DNA from: an uncultured Vicinamibacteraceae bacterium
GTDB taxonomy: Bacteria; Acidobacteriota; Vicinamibacteria; Vicinamibacterales; UBA8438
DNA: 64,000 bases
Direction: 5' to 3'
NCBI GenBank assembly: GCA_964342695.1
Contig: CAYFFV010000012.1
Location: 2,547 to 66,546 of the forward strand
The notes under the pieces were generated by a model. It did not search any database. It saw only the letters and a program-made list of their open reading frames with translations, and was not told the origin of the DNA. Shown piece by piece: positions 45,380 through 53,447 of the stretch; position 1 is the first letter of the stretch, and the number at the start of each line of letters is the position of its first letter. Both the position numbers and the translations under genes were made by a program.

Positions 45380-46588
45380 CTAAGATTGATTTGCAGGCAA
45401 CTGATCAATGGAAAGAAAATCTGGCATCTCATCCTGATCAAGAACTCGATAAATCTTTTCAATCGACGAAAACAATTCGCTCCGGCGAGTGCTGTACTTG
45501 GTCGAACCTATTTTACTATTTTGGTATTGCTTCTCAATCTTAACCAGTTCTGAAAACAAGTGTGTCCGCCTCGCCAACAACACTTGTCGCCTGTCTTCTG
45601 CCTCGGGCACACCATGAGGACCCACCAGACTTAACCAAACACCAACACCTAAGATAAAAAAGGCTGCGATCAGCGCTACCGATCGTCCGATAGTGCTCCT
45701 GTGAGGCAAACCAACTAGCTCAACGGAAAACTCACGCCCAGCTAAAAGTCTAGGACCTACTCCAATCACATAATCTACTCCGCCCGGAACCTCTGAAGGC
45801 ACTTCCATCCGGCGTTCAATCTGAGAGGATGTAAAATCGAGCTGTGGCCAATCTTCGATAGAAAACAGCATCGATTCCATGTCCACTGGAAATATTTGAG
45901 AGAGAGATAAACTATCGCCACTATAGGGAAGAATAAAAGCAATCCGAAGCGGTGTTACGCCAGGGTCGAAGGGCCCAGCCAGTTCAATTCGTGGACCATC
46001 CGTAACTGTCCGAGGCGACGATCCAGGCAAGACTGTGACCCCCTGCGATCCACTCGGGAGATCAAACGCTACAATGGTCTCAGTTTCGACAGGCGAATCT
46101 TCGATATTTAAAACTTCAAACACATAGTAGACCTCAACACTCTCCTCAACTAATTCAATTTGGATAAAAGATTCTCCTCCAAAACTAACTTGCCCTCGTT
46201 TTGCAGGAAGCGGAGGATTTTCAGGATCGACACCAACAAGCATAACCCGTATTCCACCCCGGCCAGGCACGGCAAAAAACTGTGACTCAATTGTTTCACC
46301 GTCAAGCTCTGTCGAAGCCTGAACTCGTTGTCCTGGATTAAGAGTCAGAAAAGTGGCTCTACCCTCTGCATCAGTAAGAGCTGTCTCGACTATGTCACCT
46401 TGTCGAAGATCAACTGGATGACCCAGTACATTATTGGACAGGCTGCCGCGAATAACCCGAACAGATATCGTCCCATCTGGAAGACCTTGATCAGGAAGAG
46501 GCATTCCAGACATCTGACGGGGATCCGGTTGGATAGCCGCTAAAGTTGTTACACAAAAAAAGATAAAAACACAGGTGCTCTTTTTCAC
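45380..46588 (-). CDS. Uncharacterised exported protein with C-terminal TM anchor and cytoplasmic coiled-coil tail, embedded in the ccm operon
   Basis: GTG 46588 forms a GTGA overlap with the upstream stop and gives signal peptide VKKSTCVFIFFCVTTLAA. The N-terminus looks like a CarboxypepD_reg-type beta-sandwich. TM SVALIAAFFILGVGVWLSLV, then a ~70-aa tail. Confidence 0.5.
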   Translation of the reverse strand: MKKSTCVFIFFCVTTLAAIQPDPRQMSGMPLPDQGLPDGTISVRVIRGSLSNNVLGHPVDLRQGDIVETALTDAEGRATFLTLNPGQRVQASTELDGETIESQFFAVPGRGGIRVMLVGVDPENPPLPAKRGQVSFGGESFIQIELVEESVEVYYVFEVLNIEDSPVETETIVAFDLPSGSQGVTVLPGSSPRTVTDGPRIELAGPFDPGVTPLRIAFILPYSGDSLSLSQIFPVDMESMLFSIEDWPQLDFTSSQIERRMEVPSEVPGGVDYVIGVGPRLLAGREFSVELVGLPHRSTIGRSVALIAAFFILGVGVWLSLVGPHGVPEAEDRRQVLLARRTHLFSELVKIEKQYQNSKIGSTKYSTRRSELFSSIEKIYRVLDQDEMPDFLSIDQLPANQS

Positions 46589-47178
46589 TGTGTGCTCTCC
46601 AAAGACACACCACATGATTTGCAGAACTTAGCGTCACGCTCATTGTCAGTCCCACAATCGTTACAGAGAAACCGCCCATCCGAATTTTTTCGGGTTTCTG
46701 TAAGCTCAAAACCCTCTGAATCCAAAAGGCGCTCGAGCTCACGTTCGATTAAACCACGGTAGTCAGATTTTTTAACATCCAATTGTTTCATGAGAGCTAC
46801 GGCCCGAGATCTGAGCCGTGTATTCATTTCCTGAAAATCTTCTAACGAGACTTTGCTCATTGCTCGATCAAATTCCAACTCCTTAATCGAACGAAGTAAT
46901 AGTGTTTTTTCTCTTTCAAGAGCAGCCCTGGTCTTACCTTGAATAACCTCAGTACGTTCGTTAAATTCTGAGTCAAACAATGGCCACAAAGTACGATAAA
47001 TCATGAATCCTACATAGGCGGCAGACCCAATCGCGCTAACCAATAAGAACAGAACTGCAGGGTCGTTCGGTCGAACGACAAATACGGCTACTGTGGCAGC
47101 CAAAAGACCTATTAGAACGAAAAGATGCCAAGGTCGGAAATTACTACCCGTGTCAGTCGAGGTTTCTGAGTTCATCAT
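46585..47178 (-). CDS. Uncharacterised two-TM protein with coiled coil and C-terminal zinc ribbon, embedded in the ccm operon
   Basis: 197 aa. TMs WHLFVLIGLLAATVAVFVV and VLFLLVSAIGSAAYVGFMIY. Coiled coil ..LLLRSIKELEFDRAMSKVSLEDFQEM... Zinc ribbon CNDCG-x10-CKSCG. Overlaps the ccmF-H 3' end by 23-26 nt. Confidence 0.5.
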   Translation of the reverse strand: MMNSETSTDTGSNFRPWHLFVLIGLLAATVAVFVVRPNDPAVLFLLVSAIGSAAYVGFMIYRTLWPLFDSEFNERTEVIQGKTRAALEREKTLLLRSIKELEFDRAMSKVSLEDFQEMNTRLRSRAVALMKQLDVKKSDYRGLIERELERLLDSEGFELTETRKNSDGRFLCNDCGTDNERDAKFCKSCGVSLESTQ

Positions 47179-49630
47179 CCAACCGCGCCTCTAGCGCATC
47201 ATCAGAAGAAGTCGCCGATTCAGAAACTTTCTGACCTTTAGAATGTCGTCGGGACCATCGAACAGCAACAACACCAATTCCAACGAGGAAAGAACCACCA
47301 ATTGCTAGCGGAAACATCCAAGCCAGCTGATTGAAGGCACCAATCGGAGCACCCAGAGGCTCCTGACTTCCATATGTATCGATAAAATACTGGTACACCT
47401 CGTCTCGATTTTTTCCCCGCGCTACCTGTTCATGAAGTTGACTGCGCATATTATCCGAAGTTCCACAGGTACAAACTGACAACTGTAAATGCGAACAACT
47501 TCCGCAGATACAAACCAACTCAGACTGTAACTCGGCTTCAAGAACACGTTGCTCCTCTGTCAAGGGAGCTCCTCCAGGAACCGCGACTTGGGCTCTCCCT
47601 GTTGCCATGAGTCCTCCCCATAAAAACAACAAGATAACCATAGAAGTCGTCGCGGCACCGGCAGGAACCTTTGCACTTAAAAAGGCAAAACTACTCTCAG
47701 GTAACAAGGCAATCCCTGTACCAAGAGCCATTACAGCGAAACCAAACCAAATCCAGTTAACAAGTGGGTTGACCGTCACTTGGAAAGCAGCGGATTGATC
47801 AGCTAAATCATAGGTGGCTAATGTGACATATAAATCTTCAGACGGTGCCCGTCGTATCGCAACTTCAGTAGTAGGCTCCGTCTCATGTTTGCGGAAAAAC
47901 CATCGTGCCGGAAAAAGTTCTCCGACCTCTTCAGAGTCCTTGAATACGGTCATATGTGCAGTGATCATCTGTTTCTGACCATCATCGGATTCACTCAGAC
48001 GATCATGACGAACCTCAAACCTCCCTATCTCAACTGACTCACCTGGACTAAGCAGTACTTGTCGTTCAAGTTTATAGCCGGCACCCGCAAAACCAAGAAA
48101 CATTAAGACGATTCCAAGATGCACTACATACCCACCATAACGCCGACGAGAGCGCATCATTAAACCCACCATTGCCGTCACAATATCAGTACCAGTTGCC
48201 CCCCGTCGCACCTGTGCACCTCTAATAAATTCCTGACTAATCGTACCGACCACAAAGGCACAAAAAGCAAAAGCCAACCCTGAAACCCAAACTCGGAAAC
48301 CGATGCCATAAAGACCGACAGCCGTCAATATTGCCAACCCAAGCGGCCAGATAAATTGATAAACCAAATTACTCGGGCTCGACTTTCGCCAAGCCAACAG
48401 AGGTCCAATACCTGTTAAAAACAACAACATTAATCCAATTGGAACCATCCAAGTGTTAAAGAATGGTGGTCCAACCGTAATTCGCTGTCCTGTAACGGCT
48501 TCACTAATCGTAGGAAATAACGTAGCAAAAAGAATAAAAAATGCCGAAAAGAGCAATATCCAATTATTTATAAGAAACGCTGCTTCTCTGGATATCCATG
48601 ACTCAAATTCATTGCGTGCGCGTAAAAGAGGTAACCGGTAAATAACGAAACCGAAACCGAATAGAACAATCACCGCCATAAAAATACTGAATAGCATCGT
48701 GAGTTCAGGATCTTCACCAAACGCGTGAACAGATTGCACAATGCCACTGCGTGTCAAAAATGTTCCAACGATAGTGAGCAAAAAGGTGAGAATAACTAGA
48801 GTGACATTCCAGACACGCAACATATTCCGTCGTTCCTGAACCATCACTGAATGAAGAAATGCTGTCGCAGTAAACCACGGCAGAGCACCTGCATTCTCAA
48901 CAGGGTCCCAGCCCCAAAAACCACCCCACCCAAGCTCCTCGTACGCCCAAATCATTCCAAGTGTGAGACCAAGGGAAAGAAACAACCAAGAGAACATTGT
49001 CCAACGACGCACCGCACGCAGCCACGAATCATCCAAATACCCTGTAATAAGAGCAGCCATCCCAAAAGCAAATGGAATGGTCATACCGACAAATCCAGTG
49101 TAGAGAGAGGGAGGATGAATCGCCATATAGGGATTCTGCAAAAGCGGGTTAAGGCCTCGGCCATCAACCGGAGATTCAGTCAGATACGTAGCAAACGGAT
49201 CCTTATGAACAATCATAACGAACAGAAAAAACCATTGCACACCAGCAATAACCGCTACTACATAGGGAAGTAATTCTCGTTGCCGTTCGCGATTGCTATG
49301 AACCGCAATCGCACCAAATACAGAAAGCAAAAACACCCAGAACATAATCGAACCATCGAGTCCGCCCCAATAGGATGTAAGTTTATAAAACAGGGGCTGA
49401 ACTGAATCAGAATACCGATCTACATAGCGAATACTGTAGTTCTCTGTAACAAATGCATGAACGATGATTGACGACGCTAACGTCATCAACGCAGTCACCA
49501 GATAGAACGCGCCGATGCCACTCTGAATGATGCGGGACGAACGCCGCCGAGCACCTGCAACTGATGCCACAATGGCATATGTACAAGCTAAGAAAGCGAC
49601 AAGCAATGTATAAGAACCTAGTGTCGGCAT
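47153..49630 (-). CDS. ccmF: Cytochrome c heme lyase CcmF fused to a C-terminal CcmH/NrfF-like domain
   Basis: 825 aa. WWD motif WGGFWGWDPVENAGALPW and a polytopic CcmF body. The last ~135 aa (ELVCICGSCSHLQLSVCTCGTSDNMRSQLHEQVARGKNRDEVYQYFIDTYG + TM) align to CcmH (LRCPxCQ..S.A..LR..V......G....EI...M...YG + TM). Confidence 0.9.
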   Translation of the reverse strand: MPTLGSYTLLVAFLACTYAIVASVAGARRRSSRIIQSGIGAFYLVTALMTLASSIIVHAFVTENYSIRYVDRYSDSVQPLFYKLTSYWGGLDGSIMFWVFLLSVFGAIAVHSNRERQRELLPYVVAVIAGVQWFFLFVMIVHKDPFATYLTESPVDGRGLNPLLQNPYMAIHPPSLYTGFVGMTIPFAFGMAALITGYLDDSWLRAVRRWTMFSWLFLSLGLTLGMIWAYEELGWGGFWGWDPVENAGALPWFTATAFLHSVMVQERRNMLRVWNVTLVILTFLLTIVGTFLTRSGIVQSVHAFGEDPELTMLFSIFMAVIVLFGFGFVIYRLPLLRARNEFESWISREAAFLINNWILLFSAFFILFATLFPTISEAVTGQRITVGPPFFNTWMVPIGLMLLFLTGIGPLLAWRKSSPSNLVYQFIWPLGLAILTAVGLYGIGFRVWVSGLAFAFCAFVVGTISQEFIRGAQVRRGATGTDIVTAMVGLMMRSRRRYGGYVVHLGIVLMFLGFAGAGYKLERQVLLSPGESVEIGRFEVRHDRLSESDDGQKQMITAHMTVFKDSEEVGELFPARWFFRKHETEPTTEVAIRRAPSEDLYVTLATYDLADQSAAFQVTVNPLVNWIWFGFAVMALGTGIALLPESSFAFLSAKVPAGAATTSMVILLFLWGGLMATGRAQVAVPGGAPLTEEQRVLEAELQSELVCICGSCSHLQLSVCTCGTSDNMRSQLHEQVARGKNRDEVYQYFIDTYGSQEPLGAPIGAFNQLAWMFPLAIGGSFLVGIGVVAVRWSRRHSKGQKVSESATSSDDALEARLDDELRNLD

Positions 49631-49697
49631 GTCAGAAAACCTCTCGGTCGAAAAGTTTCAACAAAATAAAGTCACCGAGGAAAGAATGGAACAACGA

Positions 49698-50147
49698 TCA
49701 GTTGGAGTTAGGGACATTACTCAGCGATGTTTCTGGTTCGCCGACTATATTTCCAATTGTTGGCTTCGCTTCGTATTTTGACGGGCATTTAGCCATAATC
49801 CCATCAGGTTCCACATGGAAGGTATTACCATCTAGACGTCCTGTTATGACGACCTCAGCATCATTCTTGAAGGTATCTGGTACGATGCCGATATATTCCG
49901 CCTGAATTACATATCCATTGTTTTCAACGTCAAATTGATATTCCATACTCTTCGGGCGAACACGAATATCCTGTGCGTAACCATGGACCTGAAGACGCTT
50001 TCCATACCAAGCAGAAGGGTCAACCATGACCTCGTCCACGTGCTGGTAGTAGGCAGTTCCATCTGCCATGGTGGTCCATAACAAACCTACCAACGCCCCT
50101 AATAAAACTGTTGCTGTTAAACCTATCTTCAATGCTTTACTTGGCAT
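49698..50147 (-). CDS. ccmE: Heme chaperone CcmE, Cys-type (CPSKY) variant
   Basis: N-terminal anchor MPSKALKIGLTATVLLGALVGLLW (ATG 50147; GTG 50174 is possible). OB-fold core RLQVHGY..VITGRLDGNTF. Heme-binding motif MAKCPSKY replaces the canonical LAKHDENY. Confidence 0.85.
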   Translation of the reverse strand: MPSKALKIGLTATVLLGALVGLLWTTMADGTAYYQHVDEVMVDPSAWYGKRLQVHGYAQDIRVRPKSMEYQFDVENNGYVIQAEYIGIVPDTFKNDAEVVITGRLDGNTFHVEPDGIMAKCPSKYEAKPTIGNIVGEPETSLSNVPNSN

Positions 50148-50218
50148 ATATACCCCGGCACCTCCGCAGGACACCTAATTAGGATATCGTCCACGCCACA
50201 ACTCAGTCAACGCGTCTT

Positions 50219-50803
50219 TTAATGTTTAGGAAACTCTCTAAACAAACGATCGACCTGAACTAGCGGTAATCCTACTACGTTTGAATACGAACCCCTTATT
50301 TCTTGGACAAAACGAGATCCGAGCCCTTGTATACCGTAACCACCGGCCTTGTCGGAAGGTTCCCCAGTACTCACGTACCATTTAATTGTTTCCTCATCCA
50401 GTTGAACCAACTGCACGAAGGTCATTACAACGGAGCTAGCAACTTCCTCGCCGCACCTTAAACTAACGCCTGTATAAACCTGATGAACATTCCCTGATAA
50501 CTTACGTAACATCCTTTTCGCATCATCTGTATTCTTAGGCTTTCCAAGTATTTCGTGATTAATCACCACCGAAGTGTCCGCCCCGAGTACGAAACATTCA
50601 GGAAACTTCCTTCCTACTAACTCGGCCTTCTCCGCTGACAACCGTCTTACGTAATTTTCGGCCATTTCATTTTCAATCTGACTTTCGTCAATATCAGCTG
50701 GAACGATCTCAAACACATACCCGGCCCGGGTTAACAGCTCCGCTCGACGTGGCGATGAAGAAGCAAGAACAAAAGATGACTTCCAATGATACACTTGACG
50801 CAC
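50219..50803 (-). CDS. maf: Maf-family nucleoside triphosphate pyrophosphatase
   Basis: 194 aa. LASSSPRRAELL, GADTSVV, KAGGYGIQG motifs. GTG start. Confidence 0.9.
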   Translation of the reverse strand: MRQVYHWKSSFVLASSSPRRAELLTRAGYVFEIVPADIDESQIENEMAENYVRRLSAEKAELVGRKFPECFVLGADTSVVINHEILGKPKNTDDAKRMLRKLSGNVHQVYTGVSLRCGEEVASSVVMTFVQLVQLDEETIKWYVSTGEPSDKAGGYGIQGLGSRFVQEIRGSYSNVVGLPLVQVDRLFREFPKH

Positions 50804-50896
50804 CGTGCCTTTTTAACGCAATAACGCGTTGTCAAAAATTAAATAATAGCTGACTTTTTAAATATTACTGAAACACTTCGTTAGGTAGGATTTATT

Positions 50897-51181
50897 TTGA
50901 TCTCCGCCAAAAATATCGCTCCCCAGGCCATCGGTGCGATGCTAAAGAAACAGCCTCTCACGAAAGCTAAAATTCAGTTCGCGTGGAGCATCGCAGTCGG
51001 AGCATCAATCGCACGCGTCACTAAGATCAACTTGTCTTCGAGTGGAACACTATACGTTAAAGCGGATGCTAAATTGTGGCGCACTGAAATCAACAGGTCA
51101 AATCCACTAATAACAAGACGTCTTCAAGATCTTCTCGGCCGGGACGTTGTTAAGAATATTTTTGTTAAAGAGCGAGTGTAA
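50897..51181 (+). CDS. DUF721 (DciA-like) domain protein
   Basis: 94 aa. Layout W..AVG..IA..T....L..GTLYVKADAKLWRTEIN......I..RL resembles DUF721. TTG start with AGGTAGGA 6 nt upstream. Confidence 0.5.
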   Translation: MISAKNIAPQAIGAMLKKQPLTKAKIQFAWSIAVGASIARVTKINLSSSGTLYVKADAKLWRTEINRSNPLITRRLQDLLGRDVVKNIFVKERV

Positions 51182-51183
51182 TT

Positions 51184-52362
51184 ATGCGAGAGTCCGTCAT
51201 TGTCAGTGCGACCAGATTGCCAACTGGAAAATTTTTGGGCGCACTTAAGAGCCTAAACGCAACAGACCTTGGCTCTCTCGTCATCAGAGAGGCCGTCAGC
51301 CGTTGTGGAATAGACCCTCACACAGTTGATGAATGCATTATGGGAAATGTTGTCTCAGCAGGTCTTGGACAAGCGCCCGCACGACAAGCAGCACTTCGTG
51401 GTGGACTATCAGATCGTGTTGCCGCTTTAACAATTAATAAAGTTTGCGGCTCAGGCCTTAAAGCAGTGATGCTAGCGACGCAAGGCATCGCAACAGGTGA
51501 CATAGAAATCGCCGTTGGGGGCGGAATGGAATCAATGAGTAATTGTCCATATCTCATCCCAAAGGCCCGTGAGGGAAAACGTCTTGGTAACACAACAGCA
51601 TCTGACTCCATGATTCGCGATGGGCTTTGGTGCTCATTAGAGAACTGGCCGATGGGCCTCGCTGGAGAAGCAGTGGCCAATAAATATGGTGTCACCCGTG
51701 AAGTTCAGGATCAATTTGCTTTCGAGAGTCACCAAAAAGCATCGAATGCAATGAACGAACGGTGGTTTGAAGATGAAATTTTACCCGTCGAAATCCAACA
51801 ACGTCGAGGAGATTCAAAAATCCATCGACACGACGAATCAGTACGAAAGGACACATCTATTCAGTCGCTATCTAGGCTCAAACCGGCCTTTAAAGATAAC
51901 GGATCCGTGACTGCCGGCAACGCTCCAGGAGTCAATGACGGCGCAGCAGCCCTAGTCTTAATGAGTGCAAGTAAGGCGTCTTCACTTAACATCTCCCCGT
52001 TGGCGCGTATCGTCGGACAATCCGTCAGTGGACTGTCACCAAAATGGTTGCTAATGACTCCAGTACAAGCCGTCAAGAAACTTCTTACAAAGGTCGGCTG
52101 GACTATGGAAAGCGTCGACCTAATCGAGATCAATGAAGCCTTTGCTGCTCAAGCTGTCGCTGTAATAAAAGAACTGGAGATCAATCCAGATAAAGTCAAC
52201 ATCTATGGTGGGGCTATTGCACTCGGTCATCCAATCGGTGCTAGTGGAGCTCGTATTCTAACAACTTTGGTTTACGCACTTCAGAGACGAAATTTAAAAC
52301 GGGGAATCGCTACACTCTGCCTTGGGGGAGGTAATGGCGTTGCCCTTGCCATCGAACGATGA
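51184..52362 (+). CDS. Acetyl-CoA C-acetyltransferase (thiolase II)
   Basis: 392 aa. Active-site NKVCGSGLKAV, GNAPGVNDGAAA, NEAFAAQ, GGAIALGHPIGASGARIL, CLGGGNGVAL. Confidence 0.95.
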   Translation: MRESVIVSATRLPTGKFLGALKSLNATDLGSLVIREAVSRCGIDPHTVDECIMGNVVSAGLGQAPARQAALRGGLSDRVAALTINKVCGSGLKAVMLATQGIATGDIEIAVGGGMESMSNCPYLIPKAREGKRLGNTTASDSMIRDGLWCSLENWPMGLAGEAVANKYGVTREVQDQFAFESHQKASNAMNERWFEDEILPVEIQQRRGDSKIHRHDESVRKDTSIQSLSRLKPAFKDNGSVTAGNAPGVNDGAAALVLMSASKASSLNISPLARIVGQSVSGLSPKWLLMTPVQAVKKLLTKVGWTMESVDLIEINEAFAAQAVAVIKELEINPDKVNIYGGAIALGHPIGASGARILTTLVYALQRRNLKRGIATLCLGGGNGVALAIER

Positions 52363-52409
52363 ACGTAAAAAAACAAGGCTTCTTCAATCAATTGCCAACT
52401 CTATTGAAC

Positions 52410-53444
52410 TTAGGACTCTAATTTCCAAAACGCTATTCCACCTGCCTGTTTCCCAACATTTACACTTCCCACCCGTTGGGCGTCATGAATCGTGTACGCT
52501 TCAACAACACCAGGGTCATCGCCCATACCTTCATTGGTAACAAAAGCATAGTGACCATCCGGAGAGAGGACGACTCCGTGCGGAATCGTACCCGTGGTGG
52601 ACACCCGATTACGCTCTCTCCCCGATGAAATATCCCAAAAACCAACCGCATCTCCTTCTTTATACGTGACGACCAAGGTCATCCCATCCGGGGTAACTGC
52701 AGCATTATATGGGCCTCCAGGCGCGTCAAACACCCTGCTGATCTGCCAATTCTTTAGATCCACTTCAAAAATTTTACTGACATTATTTCCAGTAACAAAC
52801 ACTGTTCCATTTCGAGTCGGGCGCGTCACCCATGATGGGCGAACATGTTCCCCGAGAAATAATCGCCGTAACACTTCAAACCCAAGAGCATCTGTCTCAA
52901 CCAATTCAGAATCCATCACATTGACAGAATAAAAGGAAGTTTCATCTTGACTTAATCTTCCTCCGTGCGGCCTGACGCCGCTGGAAACTCTTGCCACCTC
53001 TGTCATTGTGTTCGTTTCAATCACAGAAATATCCGTGGGCTCAAGTGGACCATGGAGATTAAAGTTCACCACGTATAGCAGCTGAGTAGATCCTGCCACA
53101 TCAATGGTTGCAGGATACATTCCGACTTTTACATCACCTACCCAATCGTCACTTCCTGTCTTATATTTGTGCACCGAACCGTAGGGAAAACCATGCGCTA
53201 GAGAAACGTACCAATACTGGCCATCCGGAGAAATTTGAATTCCATGGGGCCCTTCAATCTCGGCAGGAAAACTTCCGACTTCTACAGTTTTGACAATTTC
53301 GAGTCCCCTTGAGCTATGTTTAACGACAGATACTTGGTCATCAGATTCTGCACAGACATATACATAATAGGTCTGACCAACGACCTGGACTTCCGAGAGA
53401 CAGAAAATAAACACAAAAAATAAAGCGGCAGAATACCTTTTCAT
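52410..53444 (-). CDS. Secreted YVTN/lactonase-type beta-propeller repeat protein
   Basis: 344 aa with a signal peptide. Recurrent blades (YVCAESDDQVSVV, LYVVNFN, FYSVNVMDSELVE, VFVTGNNVSKIFEVD, LVVTYKEGDAVGFWD, AFVTNEG). Confidence 0.6.
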   Translation of the reverse strand: MKRYSAALFFVFIFCLSEVQVVGQTYYVYVCAESDDQVSVVKHSSRGLEIVKTVEVGSFPAEIEGPHGIQISPDGQYWYVSLAHGFPYGSVHKYKTGSDDWVGDVKVGMYPATIDVAGSTQLLYVVNFNLHGPLEPTDISVIETNTMTEVARVSSGVRPHGGRLSQDETSFYSVNVMDSELVETDALGFEVLRRLFLGEHVRPSWVTRPTRNGTVFVTGNNVSKIFEVDLKNWQISRVFDAPGGPYNAAVTPDGMTLVVTYKEGDAVGFWDISSGRERNRVSTTGTIPHGVVLSPDGHYAFVTNEGMGDDPGVVEAYTIHDAQRVGSVNVGKQAGGIAFWKLES

Positions 53445-53447
53445 AAA

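Noticed and set aside
48851-49273. 140-aa plus-strand ORF antisense to ccmF. Similar cases: 44176..44571 opposite ccmB, 40278..40688 opposite the IMPase, 7693..8085 opposite GT4 and 51318..51695 opposite the thiolase
   Set aside because: In each case the opposite strand encodes a protein with unambiguous family motifs. The antisense frames are basic and low-complexity, and they lack ribosome-binding context.
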